Assembly: GCF_009914755.1 (NCBI RefSeq)
Contig: NC_060938.1
Length of the DNA stretch: 64,000 nucleotides
Reading direction: 5' to 3' (one strand)
DNA from: the human T2T-CHM13v2.0 reference genome, Homo sapiens
Shown: positions 49,868-63,773 of the stretch, in pieces
How the letters are laid out: the number at the start of each line of letters is the position of its first letter
How positions within the stretch are numbered: position 1 is the stretch's first letter
Position numbers and translations under genes: made by a program
The notes under the pieces: generated by a model
Told to the model about the DNA's origin: nothing
The model's database searches: none
What the model saw: the letters and a program-made list of their open reading frames with translations, nothing else

Positions 49868-52404
49868 GTTGCTTGAGTGATTGTTTGATAAAACAATACA
49901 CATACCTGGTACAAACTTCAAAACACATGAAAATGGGATGAACAGTAAAATGTGACTGGCTCCCCCTCACATCTCCCAGCCACCAGTTTCTTTGATACAG
50001 AGAAACTCACGGTTTCTTGTGTATCCTTCCAGAAGTGTCCTATCACTGTTCAGCCTTTCACCGAGTGGATATTTCAAGCTAGTGGCAGCACAGGGTCACA
50101 CTGCTCTCCATCATGCCTTTGGTACGGATCCATCTGTCATCGAGAGCATCGCTATCTGTAAGAACAGAGCTGCCCCATTTTAATGTTCCATTCTAGGGCT
50201 ATCCCAAAGGATATTTAACTAGAATACTTGTGATAGGCATGACTTTATTCCAAGTCTTGTGGAGGAAATGAATATGCAAACTCCTTTGGTAATTCTGTTG
50301 TCCACTGAAGTTCAAGAACCTCTTGCACAGTCGAATGCCAGCTCCTTCCTTTGTCTTCCTGAATTTCCCACAACCCTCCCCCTCCTCAGTTCCTACACCC
50401 AATGGCTGACTTCTACAGTCATCAAGCCCCATAGTAGCTGTGGCTTCTTCTGGCTCACTCTCCTCATCTTTGGAACAGGGGCAATGCACTGCCCACTGCT
50501 GATGAGGTTTGAAAGAACTAAATGGGTTAACATCAGCAGAGATCTCAGAACTTGGCCTTCACATAGTAAGAATTGGGCAGATGTAAGCCATTTCCCCCAC
50601 TGCTATTCTTACTCCCCAGAAATGTCCCACATCCAGGAGGCTGAAAAACTGGGTACTATTTCTCTCCACCTCTTGGAAATACTGAGATAATTACATTTCT
50701 CTTGGAAAATATCAGGTGATCTGCATTCACTGGGGAAATGGTGCGTAAACTGATCTCTCTTGCCTTTGCTATGAAAGTCATTTGCAGGTAAGAACCCCAG
50801 GATTTGGAAGCAGAATTTCTGTATTGACACAACTATTGGAATTCCTTCTCCAAGATTCAGGTGGGATGGGATTCAGGAAGCAAAGCTGCCACTGCAGCTT
50901 CCTCCTTCCATAGTCCAGGTGACAGAAGCGACAGCTTTCTTCTTCCCAAAGGGGAGGAATCGCAGAGATGCCAACTCTGCCGCTATGTAGGCTTCCCTGA
51001 GCCCCAGACTCCTGAGTTTCCGGAGAGGGAGCTGCGAAATTCTGGGATCCTATTCAGAGCACTTGTGATGTGCTCAGAGATGATATTAAATGTTTTATAT
51101 CATTTTGGCCATGATACAGACACATTTGCCTCTGATTCTGAAGAAGCTCAGCATTTCATTAAGTCATTCCTCACTTGATGCACCCTCCTTCCCCAACCCT
51201 CTTCTTTACAAATTAAGAAAGAAGCCAAATTTTTTTATTTCTGCAACACTGTAGGTGTGTGTCCTCCATCACTATTTCTTAACAATGTGTGCATTGAACA
51301 TATAGGTGTTCTCAAGGAAATCAAATATTATACATTTTATACTTTAAAAATAAGACTCTTCTAAAACACATGGGATGCTTTGGCCAGTCTACAAATTGTA
51401 AGGCATAAACGTTAAGCCCAGGTACCCAGATGTTATAAAATACCCATTTGATGTAGCTTTTATTTGCCATCAAAGGCTGCTATCTCACAATGCAGAAGCA
51501 AATCCTGTGGCAAACTTTGCTTTGCTTCAATCAGATAAACAGAAAATCCTGTAAAACTGCATTTATCTAGCCTACCCCCAGCCTTCCATTCTGGGGAGAG
51601 GGCTTATTGCCTTGAGACTTTCTGTCTTCTGGAAACACCCACATGGCCAGTCAGCTCATGGGGTAGGAAAGGATGTCTCTTTGCAGAGTCCCAACTTCCA
51701 TTCCCTCTCCCACACAGCATGATGCGGGCACTCAGGCGGGCAGACAGTGACTAATCGGTGGTTATTTAGAACAAGGGCCACCAGCCCATCTGCTGGGTGA
51801 TTAGGATTCTAAAGTGAGTGGGCACTAATTCTCCCCTCAGGGCCTCACAGCCGTGTCAGGGAGGTGGGTAGGTACTCAGACTAAAGTAAAATTGGGAGGC
51901 CTTGTGGGGAGGGATCAGTGGGCAGGGAGATGAAAGAAAGCTTTCCAGAAGTCTAGTGCTGAAATTTTGGTGTGACAGACATGTAGGAATTCCCTAGGCA
52001 GAAAAAAAGGAAAGGTAGAAGGAACAGCATATTCTAAGGCGTGGAAGCATGAGAGACAACTGTGGGGTCAGTGAAAACAAGGCTGGATCATAGGATGCTA
52101 TTGGGGAGGTGGTGGCAGCATCTCCTCCTTCAGCAACTGCTTTCTCCTTGAAAGCAGGTCACTGCCCAGCTGGCCAGGCAAGAATCATCACAGGCTTCTC
52201 ATGTGTGCGTGGGATCTAAGAGAGCTCTTGATTGTATTTCCTTTAACTGTGCTGTATTGGTTTGGTTCTGGCCTGGCCTATCAACTCCTGTGTTAGGAAA
52301 AGTAGTCTACTTTTTCTTCTTCTGCCTTGCTTCCTCAATCCATCCTTGCAACCACATCGGAATAACTTATCTACAAGTGTACCTTCAACAGGTCCCAGTG
52401 ATCA

Positions 52405-52545
52405 GCAGCAATGTATTCCAAACTGTAGTTAGGTGTCAAAATCACCTGGAGTGGAAGGAAAGCTTTAGTAAAATTCAGTTTCCTCGGCCCTGTTCTAGAC
52501 CCACAAGATCAGAATTTGGAGATGGTGCTTTGTGTCTGCATTAAA
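52405..52545. mobile_element. MER5-type hAT MITE fragment
   Basis: CAAAATCACCTGGAG...AAAATTCAGTTTCCTCGGCCC...AGATCAGAATTT...TCTGCATT. Confidence 0.6.
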
Positions 52546-54737
52546 GACACACCCACATCCACACCCACCCCCCCACACATATATACATACTCAGATGCAC
52601 ACACACTCATGCACATACACATATGCACATGTAGTGTGTTGATCGATTGAGTTCAGTCATTGATTAACAAGGTAATATGCCAAATTAAGAATCAAAGTTC
52701 ACATCTAAGATAACAATGGAAGTCATAGGAATTGATCCAAGGTAGTTCCTCTCTGGCTCTGGGTTTGTTATAAAAAGACATAGAAAAATAATCAATTTTT
52801 GCCTTGCTGCCCACCCCCGATTTTAGGTTTCTCTTTGTAAATAACCCCCACCCCTCCAACTCCATAATACTCTTGCTTAGATTGGGTGGCTTGGCAACGT
52901 TGCCTTTCGCTTCCTCACCACCATGGCTTCAGAGTGGTGGGCTTGTCACCAAGTAATAGCCTACCAGGATACTTTCCCTCTCACTCCATCCACCTGATTG
53001 GCTTACATATTGGCACATGATCCAACTCCTATTCGAAGAAGAGATGATCTGATTGACACATTTAAAGTTGGGGTTCATCCCTGGACCAATCAACTGTAGT
53101 CAGGAAGTTCTGGTTACTTGGCAAAAGCAAGGAATGCCAGAGGGCTCTTCCTTATGGATGATGGGGATGAGAAAGCTCTCATTGAAGGGGGATTTTCTTT
53201 TGAGCTGAGTTGACTCCCCAAAATATCTTCTAAGAAACAAAATGTGCAACAATTAGGGACTGATTAATAAAATCTTGATTCATTCAGCTCAGAGAGTATA
53301 TTGTTTTGTGTCCATAACAATGGTAGTTATGGAAGTCTTGTAACACCTGGATGGTAATACATTTATGTGAATTTTACGAGTTAGCCAAAAATTGCATTTA
53401 AAGGCTTAATTTTAATTTTAATTTTGGATGGGAAAAGTCTTTCGCATTGTCATGGGTCTTTAAGCCAGTTTGTCCAAATCGAATAAGTCTTCAGAAATTT
53501 TGAGCCAGATTGCTTTCTTAGCAAATGAGGAAACTGAGGCCCAGAGAACAGAAGGGATGCTGTGTGATGCCCATCAGTGAGACAGGTGCAGCACATACTG
53601 GACGCCAGGTCTCCTGACTCTGGACCAGTGCTCCTTCCATTACACCATGCTGTTTCTTGCTACCTTGGCTTTGTGGTTTCCTAAAAGAAAAACAAATGTG
53701 GGAACATTAACTTGAAACATAAGGAGAACGCCTAAGCATTCAAATCCATTATGGAAGAGGTAGCTCTCCTGGACCCTGTTGAAGGATAATGTGCTTGGAC
53801 CTGTTGTTGGTTCATCGGCTGGTGCTCCATCATTCGGTACCTTGTTCCCAGACATTTTCATTACAGATTCTGCCTGCTGTGATGCACTGGCACCATGCCA
53901 TTCCTTATGCACATGCCAAAATGCTTTTATAAAACCATTAGAAGAAAGCTTTCCTAATGAGAACCACATCGGAAATGAATTCCTGAGATATCAGTTTGAT
54001 ATCAGTTTGAGATATCAGTTGACATGCCTGAGATATCAGTTTGACTATGAGTGGGCACCTTACCTGTAGACTTGCAAAGGAACAGTCATCAATGGGAAAC
54101 CCAACCTACTATGCCTTGCCCTGTCTTTCCTACATCACCTGTATGATATATGGTCATTCACATACCTCCACCACCACCAACTACAATTAATACAACTACA
54201 GTCACAGAACGGAGAAAAAAGATCATGGTGCAGAGAGTCATAGCTATCTAACATTGCTGAGTGTTGTGCATGGCTGAGGTCTCACCATTTCAGATTGCAT
54301 CTTTGATGCACAAAGAACATGGAGAGAATAGACAATGGCCGTATCTTCTTTGGAGGCATCAGTAGTAAAGACAATGGTCTTTCCCCACATCAAAGGCCTG
54401 TAGGAACAGAGAAGACATTGTTGTTCCTTTGATGAGAGAAATCAATACTTAGGATGAAAAATATAATTGATTGGACATAATGAAAAGTTTAGGCAATATA
54501 TCTTGTCTAAGTTCAGGTTGAATCTGGAAGACATGATCATAAATAATGCTTCTACTTTATTAAGAATCATCATTAATATTTTATTTAATATGTAATATTT
54601 ATTTTATTATTGCTTTTTTGTGTATCTTCATAAGAAACTTCCTTCCACTGAGATGACCTGGAGGTGTCTCTATGACTTGAGTTTGTCAAACTGACATACT
54701 TCCTATATGGATTTGACCTTGAATGGTCTCTTGATCT

Positions 54738-55143
54738 CAGTGACGTACTGGTTAATGTGTAACAGTTGATTTTCAAGAAAAAAAAAAAAAGGCCCTTGAT
54801 ATGTATGAGTGGATGATTTCTTTGGTGTAAATACTCACATTGTGGCTGATTTCAAGCCTCCAATATCATGTCACTGAACAGGAAGTTAGAAAGAGATGGG
54901 CAGTAGTGCACATCAGATTTAAATATATTCAAGGTCCTAGATAATAGTGAACTATAGTAAAATCATTAGGAAGTGTTATGTTTGGAGTGCTTATTATCTT
55001 TGATTTTAATATGGAGTATTTAAATGTAAGCTTATGTAATTTAATTTTTAATAATATCTGTATTTAACAACTGGACTGCAAAATTTCTGAAAATTTTACA
55101 TTTGTCTGTCATGAGCTGGTATGAGTGGGTCACAGAATACCTG
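54738..55143 (-). mobile_element. MER63B-like hAT-Blackjack element inserted in a MIR
   Basis: CAGTGACGTACTGGTTAATGTGTAACA...GGTGTAAATACTC...GATTTCAAGC...GAGCTGGTATGAG...CCTG ends. Confidence 0.75.
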
Positions 55144-56929
55144 TTTCTTCATCTTTAAAGCGGAGGGTAGTATTGCTGCCTGTCCACACAAAATAACTGG
55201 ATGATGAAATGTGCTAAGACTATTTAGAAGAGAGCCTCGTCACAGAAAATAGTCAGACCTTACCTTTGTCTGTCAATATCCTGCTTTACAGATGCAATCA
55301 CACAGTTCTCAGTGGCCATACTTGACCTTGCAATCTTGCTTTCTGACTCTGGGCCAGGTCTTTTTCCACTGCAGAATTTTTAGGGTACTTTTTAAGCTTC
55401 ACAGGGCGGAGTCTTTCCAGGGGCAGTATGGCCTGGAGGAAGGAAACGGATGTTCAATTCATGCACCCCTGCATTTGAAATCTGGTCTTGAGCCAAGCTC
55501 CTTGAGCTTCCTGAGCTTTGTATTTCTCATCTGTAAAATGTACTTTAGTAATGCAAGAACAGCAAATGATTTGCACACGTAGAGCACCTATCACATAGTA
55601 ATTGCTCAATAAACGTGAAGGGTATTCCCTTTCAAACTAACAGCCATTTGACAACTAAGGGGTCCTTCTTTGCAAGCCAGTTAGAATATGTCTGTGAATA
55701 AATCTCATTGGGGACACAGGTCTACCCTATGGTATCTAAGGGATTCTAAATAAAACAGTGACCTTAGATATCTCCTCTGAGTTGAACATGTGAGCCCCAT
55801 ACTGCTAGCACCTTCTAAGCTGACTTTCTTCCATGTCTAGTCTCCTTACACATAAACATGTCTGCTTCCTTCCTGATGAACTGAACCGTTCTGCTCACAG
55901 ACCAGTTCTTTGATATACTTAGTGTTTTCAACTAATTACACCGTGAAGTCTCCTGGCAGTCCCCATTTGCAACATTTGGCACCATTCCTCCTATTTCATT
56001 TATATTAATGATGGGAGTAGTCTGTGTACCATAATCAGTTAAAAATCATGACTTGCCTTATTAATAAATACCAGATTGGTGCATGATATTGTATTGGCTG
56101 AGCCCTCATTAGACAGCCCCAAGCTGTACCAGGAGTGGGATGCTTGTGCATTTCTCTTATAAAGTCTCATTTCTCCTTTCTCTTTTGGTTTTTCCTGGTC
56201 TTTGCAACTCAGAACAACAAACTTATCCTGTGAGATTTTGGTATTTTTAAATCTGATCCCATTTAAGCCACTTTATCCTTTAGGTAAGTTTCCTTTCCTT
56301 CCTTCTTGTCTTCTTCCATTCCTTCCTTTCTTTTCTCTTTCCTTCTTGCCTTCTTTTCCTCCCCTCCCCTTCTTTCTTTCTTTCTTTTCTTCACTGAGGC
56401 AAGGGAAAGAGACACAAAGATAAATGAACCACTAGTTTTCATCTGGAGGAGATCTAGGTTCTATCAGTGGCCCCTCTACTCTTCACTCACTATACTCCCA
56501 CCACCTTGGACTTCCAGTGACCCGAACACGCCAGGATCATCCCTTATTGAAGGGCTCTTCTATCTCCCGGGAACTCTATGACTGTGGAGCTGCACCTGGT
56601 GGCTCCATCTTGTCCCCTAGCTCTCAGATCAACAGTCTTCTCGTCATTAAGGCCTTGCCTGATGCTTCCGGCTATGGCAGCTCCCTCTCCATGTCTTTCT
56701 CCATTGCATCATCCTCTTTCTCCTACTTCTCAGCCACTGCAGCCATCTGAAATCATCCTGCTATTCAATAATTCTCTTTCTTTCTTGTCTTTCTCTCTGA
56801 CTAGAACATAAGCTCCTGGAGGCAAAGGACCTTGCTAGTCTTCCTCACTGGTGCTCAGCTCAGGCTTGGCATCAAGTAGATGCTCAGAAAATATTTCATA
56901 GCTGCATGGCGGGTTAGGACAGACAAACT

Positions 56930-57642
56930 CAGTCTACTTGGGCTGCTGTAAGAAAGTCTCACAGACTGGGGGACTTAAACAAGAGAAATTCATTTCCTCA
57001 CAGTTCTGGAGGCTGTAAGCCCAAGATCAAGGTGCCGGCAGTGTTGGTGTCTCCTGAGGCCTTTCTCCTTGGCTTGTCAATGGCCACCTTCTCCCTGTGT
57101 CTTCATGTGGTCTTTCTTCTGTGCCTGTCTGTGTCCCAATCTTCTTTTCTTTTCTTTCTTTCTTTCTTTTTTTTTTTTTTTGAAGCAGAGTCTCGCTCTG
57201 TCACCTGGGCTGGAGTGCAGTGGCTCGATCCTGGCTCACTGCAAGCTCCGCCTCCTGGGTTCACGCCATTCTCCTGCCTCAGCCTCCTGAGTAACTGGGA
57301 CTACAAGTGCCCACCACCACTCCCAGCTAATTTTTTGTATTTTTTTAGTAGAGACGGGTTTCACTGTGTTAGCCAGGATGGTCTCGATCTTCTGACCTCC
57401 TGATCCGCCCGCCTCAGCCCCCCAAAGTGCTGGGATTACAAGCGTGAGCCACGGCGCCCGGCCTCAATCTTCTCTTCTTATAAGGACAGCGGTTGTATTG
57501 AGTTGAGGCCCACCCTAATGACCATCTTTTAATTTAATTACCTCTTTAAAAATTCTATCTCCACATGTAGTTGCATTCTGAAGTACTGGGGTTAGGCCTT
57601 CAACAAGCAAATTTGAGGTTCTCTCAATTCAGCCCTTAACAC
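56930..57642 (-). mobile_element. MLT1A/MLT1B-type MaLR LTR split by AluY
   Basis: CACAGACTGGGGACTTAAACAAGAGAAATTCATTTCCTCACAGTTCTGGAGGCTG...CAATTCAGCCCTTAACA. Confidence 0.8.
57152..57463 (-). mobile_element. AluY
   Basis: AluY diagnostics GCAAGCTCCGCC, TTCACGCCATTCTCC and GTTAGCCAGGATGGTCTCGATC. TSD CCAATCTTCTTTTCTT / TCAATCTTCTCTTCTT. Confidence 0.95.
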
Positions 57643-58142
57643 CCAGGCAGCTTCAGCATTGAGAGAATCATCCATCCAGTACCTGAAAATGAGCCACATG
57701 CTCAACAGCAGTGACCGCCTCTGCAGGCCAGTCCGCTCTGCTGCATTCCTCAGCTGTCACTCTCTCACTGTCTGTCTTGTGGAAAGAATAACATTGCCTC
57801 AACACTTCGCTGGTGCTGTTCACTTCCCTGTAAGCCATGTTACTACCTGGGCATCTTTGACTTATTTTCTTAGGCTCAGCTCAGCTGTTGCTCCTGGGCT
57901 GGGTTCAGGTCCCTGTTTTAAGCTTTCTTAGCATCAAGTCCCTGCCCTGCATTACATCATCTTTTCACGTTGCCACAGGATTCAGGACTCTCTCATCCCA
58001 CTTCCCAGCAGACTGGGAACTCTTTAAGATCAGAAGCCACACCTTTCATTTCCGTATTTTCATGAGTCATTTGGTAGGCATGCAAGAAGCATTCACTCCA
58101 TGGACAAATGAAGCTACTTCTGAACCTAGCTTCAGTCTCTAG

Positions 58143-58545
58143 ATATATGAGGATTCCCCAGAGAAACAGAGCCAACAGGACACGTGTATAGAAAGAGATT
58201 TATTTCAAGGAATTAGCTCACGTGACTGTGGAGGCACAAGTCTTAAATATACAGGGTAGGCTGGCAGGCTGGACACCGAGGAAGAGCTGCAGTTCAAGTC
58301 CGAGGGCTGTCTGTTGGCAGAATTGCTTCTTGCTTGGAGGAGGTCAGACTTTGTCCTATTTAGGACTTCAAAGAATTGGATGAAGCCCACCTACATTGGG
58401 CGGGCCATCTGCTTTACTCAAAGTTTACCAATTTAAATGAGAATGTCATCCAAAAACACCCTCACAGAAACATCCAGAACAATGTTTGACCAAACATTTG
58501 GGCACCTTGGCCCAGCCAAGTTGTCATATAAGACTAACCGTCACA
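58143..58545 (-). mobile_element. MLT2D/MLT2C-type ERVL solo LTR
   Basis: CCAGAGAAACAGAGCCAACAGG...GGAATTAGCTCACGTGA...CCCAGCCAAGTTG...TAACCGTCACA. Confidence 0.85.
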
Positions 58546-59539
58546 GCGGGGAAGACCTTTTTGTGTGTGATCTTCATACATGAACAGCTTATGTGGACAA
58601 CCTCATTACTGTTGTGAACTAAGGCACTCCTCGGTGAAGCTGTCTAGAGATTCCACTAGGTTTACCCAGACCACAAGGCATCCCCTGTTAGTGGTTGTGG
58701 GAGGTGCCATTTGTAAATAGCTTTGCCTGCTGTTTCCTTTTTTTGTGTGTGTGTGGACAAGCTGAGGGATTTAGTCTCTGGGTACCCATCTGCAACCTTT
58801 CCAAGAACTAGATTTGCTTACAATTTCAAATAGAGCCTGTAAGACACTTTGGCTTCACTTTCCCTGTCTCTCCCTCATTCTCTCCTAAGTACACTGTTAA
58901 ATAATGGATTTGTGAAATGAATAATAGGCTCTGGCGGTAGCGGTTGGTCAGGAAATGTGTGTGGGCAGCTGGAGTGGTGAGAGGAAGCATTAAGCAGGCT
59001 GGTCTCTGGTTTTGGTTGTTTTTGTTGGGGTTATGTCTCCTCTCCACCCCTGCCCCCGCCTTGCTCCTTCTTTCACTTTTATCTCCTGGCATTGGGTCCT
59101 GTTGGGGTTGGACAGAAGACACGGGAGAGCCCACCAGAACAGTCTGCTCTTCCCAGGGTATCCTTCCCTGTGATACCCATGACCACAGGCAATGCAGGGA
59201 GAAGATGATGCAGAGGAGCTTAGGATGCAATTTTTTTTTCTTGAAAATTGTGACAGAGAAAAATACATGCGTACAAACTGATTAACCACCACCCACAAAA
59301 AGACATGAACGAAACCCTCTGTACCCGAGTCACAGCAGAGACTTCCAAGCCTCACCAGAGCACATGACCTCATGGTCTTGCCGTCCCAATCCTTATCAAA
59401 ATCTAGGCATGATAAATGACAATGTGCAGACCTCCAGAAAGACCTTGGATACATGTGTTTCCTTGCGGTATCTAATTTTATGCTGTGGAGAGACACAGAG
59501 TGGGTGTGGACAGACTGTTCACTTCTCACTCAAAATCTC

Positions 59540-59790
59540 TTTCCATCTCCTTCTGTAGTGAGAATACCCTGATTCATTTGGAATAGGAATCACCTTACCT
59601 TTCCCAGCCTCACTTCTGGCTGCGAGAGCTCATGGAGCAGCACTGAGATTAATGGCACATGTGCAGAGGCCCTGGTGTGGGGCTTTTGTGAATGTTTTTT
59701 AAGGTGAGTCGACCCAACTGGCACACACCCCCTTGCACCCTCGTATTTCCTCCTTTTGCCCACTGGGAAAGGGACATGTTACCCTCTAAC
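59540..59790 (+). mobile_element. MLT1J-like LTR fragment
   Basis: TTTCCCAGCCTCACTTCTGGCTG...GGGCTTTTGTGAATGTTTTTTAAGG. Diverged. Confidence 0.5.
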
Positions 59791-61877
59791 ACGACAGTGC
59801 CTTGTGAATATACACACGCACATCTGTAACACACACTCATTTGGATGTGTAAGCATACTTCTGCACATAACATAAACATGTCCATGGTCACATATGTGCA
59901 CACACAGATGTAAACCCATATATATATGGTTTGTACATTTTTTTGTTTGTTGACGTATGTACATTTCAACATAAACTTACAGACCTACTGACACATACAA
60001 GATATTCACATTAAACATACATGCCTGCCTAAATACATATGTATATGCCTACATCTCTTTCTCTGCTTTACTCAAATGCGTATCTGCTCACGTGCTAACG
60101 CACGGTTGCATGCATTCATTTGCATCTTCTTTGTACACACACAGACTGAAGGAGAGGAGAAATAGTGGATGTCTACAGGTAACATAGTGTCACGTATGAA
60201 AAACTATTTGGGCTTTATCCTCGAGGAACAGTAATTTACCCACTATCTGTGTAAAAGGTACTGGCTATTCTAAGTGGGATTTGATGTGGGGTTTGAGTCT
60301 GAAGGAATTTACAATTTCCCAGGGGAGGAAAAAATAGGAGATGTCCACATGGTCACCTAAGAAACACTGAAACCAATATAAAGAATGTCACAAAGCCATT
60401 GGTGAACATCCACCTTGAAGGCAAAAGTGATTGGAGTTTCCTGGGACAGCATCCCATCAGAGGTCAGCAATAAAGTCCATGTTCACCAACCAAGGCTGCT
60501 ACATACAGTTGCACAGAGCATTCACTGTGCAAGGGCGCTAGAACAACATCAGATCTTCTCTCTGCCTTTCAATCCATTCACTTGCCATGGGACTGCACTC
60601 TTCAAGAAGAAAAGGCATTTTGGTGGTTTCTAACATGCATAAAGTTACTCTAAGGGCTAAGGGAAGCACAATCACTAATTGTGTCGAAGATACCTCACCC
60701 AGTCCCCGTGGAGAGAAAGGTGCCTACATCTCAGAAGAAAGTCATTTGGCTTCCAGTAGCTCTTCGTATGTGACTCCTTGGCTTGTGGTCAGCTTTGCCT
60801 TTGCAGCTTGCATTCATAAGCTTCGGGGCTTCTATAGTGCATTGGGTTAAATGAAAGGGATGGGGCAGACAAAGCCCACTGAATTACCTTTAACCAGCAT
60901 GGAGCAGCACTGAGAAATTGATTAAAATATGCATTCCCCTAATAGAGCGGCTGGTCCCAGTCTGGAAATTAATTAATGTTAATAGTACACAATCAAAACT
61001 GCTTTTGGAAATCTTCTTAGAACATTAACTAAAATGTTCATCTTTTTAATGCATTTTCCTGAGCCACGGAGGCTAAAAGCTTCGCTTGTTCCATGCAAAT
61101 GTGAAGGCGAGGAAAAAAAAAGCAAGCAGATTTAGGTATTTCAGGCTTGATAATGCTGGCTTTTCTGGTTAACCTGAGCCTGCTCCCAGGGCCTGGGCAA
61201 GATACCTCTTTTAGCTACTGAGACGGAGAGAGTGACCTGAGGACTGCAGACAGTCACCTCTGCATTTTATGCTGTGGACCACAGAAGGGGAAAACCGGCA
61301 GAGAAAAGGAACAAGAACTGAAGGGAGTCAGTTGAGGATCACCTGGATGTCTGGCCCTGGTGTGAGGGTGGGAGGCACAGAGCTTTAGGTGACACCAAAG
61401 GTTTCCTCAACTCAACAAAATGGTACATTTCAGTGATTTCCAAATAGAAGCGTTTTTGTAGCACCAGCTCCCTTAGTAACTAACTGTCTGCCAGTATAAT
61501 GAATTTTTAACTTGCTTGGCCCCACCCTAGTCACCATGTACAGGTTTAGGGGGATTTGGATGCTCCAACCCCTTCAGTGAAAGTCCTGGTGAGCCTTGCC
61601 ATGGCCTTACCCTTCAGTTATTGGTTTCCTCAATTATCATTTGCCTACTGCCTACTAACTAGCTGCTGAGCAAAGCATTCCTCTCAGGAGGTCAGAGTTT
61701 GGTGTGGGAGATAGGCATGCAGGCAGGCAAAGGGTGGTGCCTATCACAGAGATGTGCCCAAGCTGGAACAGAGCTCAGAGGAGGGATGCTAGCCCAGGAG
61801 AGGGCAGAGGCTGGTCTGAGAAGGCTTTGGATAAGGGATTGGCCAATCGAGGGATTAGAAGCAGCATCAGGGGTGTT

Positions 61878-62385
61878 CATGAGCGTGTGTCTGTGTGCGC
61901 ACATGCATGTGCATGCTGAGTATGTTTGAATGTGTGAGCATATGTGTGCATGTGTGAGTGTATGAGAGTGCAGCCACGTGTCAGAGTGTGGGAGTGTGTA
62001 TGCAAGTATGTGTGTGTGCATGTTGAGTGTGTTTGAATGTGTGCATGCATGTGAGTGTGTGATTGTGTGCACATGTGTGAGAGAGCATATCCATGTGTGA
62101 GAGTCAGTGTGTGTGCACATCTTTGTGCACGTTGAGTGTGTGTTTGAAAATATGAACATGTGTGTCTGTGTGTGTATGTGTGTGTGTATGTTGAGTGTAT
62201 GCACATACTTGAGCATGGATATGTGTGTGAGGGTGCATATGGATATGTAAGTGTGAGTCAATGAGTGTACATGAGTGTGTTTGAATGTTTGCATGTGTGT
62301 CAGTGTGTAATCATGCAAGTCCAAGTGTAGGAGTGTGTGCAGGAGTGCATATGCATGTGTGAGTATGTATGAGTGTGTGGATGTG
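61878..62385 (+). repeat. Degenerate (TG)n/(TGCA)n low-complexity tract
   Basis: About 500 bp of mostly alternating purine-pyrimidine sequence. It is the source of the His/Thr-rich 255-aa minus-strand ORF. Confidence 0.9.
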
Positions 62386-62701
62386 ATTCTGGGGGCAACT
62401 AGGCTGAGGCAGGCATGAGCCCATGGGTACAGGGGCAGGAATGGAGGAGAGATTTGCAACTTATGAACAGGGCTGGTTGGAGAGATGCCAAATACTGTAT
62501 AGGAGGAGAAAGGAAGTTAGTGCCATGAAAAGGAATTGGGTGAATGTAGGAGCTCTTGTTTTGTTTTGTGAGATCATAGGGTGACAGGGGGAAAATCAAG
62601 GGGAAATACCTCTACTGGTGAAGATGGTCAAGCTGCCATATTTACTCGGATCCCATTTTCTGAGAGCATTCATTAAAATGTTCTCTTCCTTATGATTAAG
62701 G

Positions 62702-62875
62702 CAAAGCTTCTCAACCTCAGCACTGCTGGCTTGTTTGTGGTGGGGCTGTCCTGTGCACTGTAGGATGGTCAGCATTTCTGGCATCTACCCGCTAGATTCT
62801 AGTTATGATGAGCAAATCTGTCTTCAGACATTGTCAGATGTCCCTGGGGTAGTGGAGGTAAGAGCCATTGGTTAA
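62702..62875 (+). mobile_element. MER20 hAT MITE
   Basis: CTTCTCAACCTCAGCACTG...GGGGCTGTCCTGTGCACTGTAGGATG...CTACCCGCTAGA...CAGACATTGTCAGATGTCCCTGGG. Confidence 0.85.
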
Positions 62876-63314
62876 AGGCAATGAGAGATTATGTCACCAA
62901 ACCTAAGGATCTTTGCCTGTTGATCAGTGCCAACCTTGGGCTCCTAAAATTGCAACTGGTTTCAGCAACTGCGCTTCTCCAACTAAAGCTTTGGCAGTTT
63001 TACTTTACTTAAATTTTGAATTTGCATATATTTTAATCTGCAAAATGGAATGAAATATTAAAATGTATTCTGGTCTTTTTTAATGTAGTTTTAACCACCC
63101 CATCAGTGCTTCCTGGTCATAAGAGTGCATGGGAGATTTTCATTAAAATGGGACCATTTATCTTATTATATTATTTTCTCAGTTGAGGTGAGCTCATTTT
63201 AAACTTTTAATTTCTTCAATCTCATTGTAAAATAAACTGTGATAAGATAAATACTAACTTTTAAATAATTGAAAAACAACTATCAGATTCTTTTACAGTT
63301 TATTATTTTCTAGC

Positions 63315-63560
63315 ATTGAGGAAAAGGAGCTGACTTTGGGGGCCAGGCTGTACTGGGTGACCACAACCCTGAATTCAAGCCCACTCTCTTCCAAATTTGA
63401 GCCACGAGACTTCCAGCAAGTCTGTGACCTGTTTCCCTTTTTGTTTAATGGGAATTTCATCTGCATTTTTCGACTGTTGGAGAATTCAAATCAAATCAGG
63501 GCTATCAAAAAATTTGAAAACTGAAAAAAGTGCCACATAAATAGAAATAATTATTATATA
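63315..63560 (+). mobile_element. MIR SINE
   Basis: GACTTTGGGGGCCAGGC...GAATTCAAGCCC...CTGTTTCCCTTTTTGTTTAATGGG...ATAAATAGAAATAATTATTA. Confidence 0.6.
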
Positions 63561-63571
63561 GGTCGAGCATC

Positions 63572-63760
63572 TGTTCCATGATGAGCAGGTCTATGCAACC
63601 CTACCTCCAAAGGCTGAAGAAGCTGGGAGGCTGAGAAAAGAGGCTGAAAAATCTTGTTTCTCAGAAAGAAACATTTAATAGGAACTTATGATGAGAAGCC
63701 ATATCTCAAGCAGCCGAGGATGGTGGATCCCTGCATCTGCCTTCCGGAAAGTATATATAA
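63572..63760 (-). mobile_element. LTR47-like ERV LTR, partial
   Basis: GAGCAGGTCTATGCAACCCTACCTCCAAAGGCTGAAGAAGCTG...TTTCTCAGAAAGAAACATTTAATAGG matches a recalled LTR end. Family name uncertain. Confidence 0.55.
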
Positions 63761-63773
63761 ACATATTTATTTA

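Noticed and set aside
58826-59529. Overlapping 134-179 aa ORFs in unique sequence
   Set aside because: No recognisable domain, overlapping frames on both strands, and no convincing exon structure. Consistent with chance.
61692-62459. Longest ORF in the window (255 aa, His/Thr-rich)
   Set aside because: It is a translation of the degenerate (TG)n tract, which is naturally poor in stop codons. It has no domain-like sequence.
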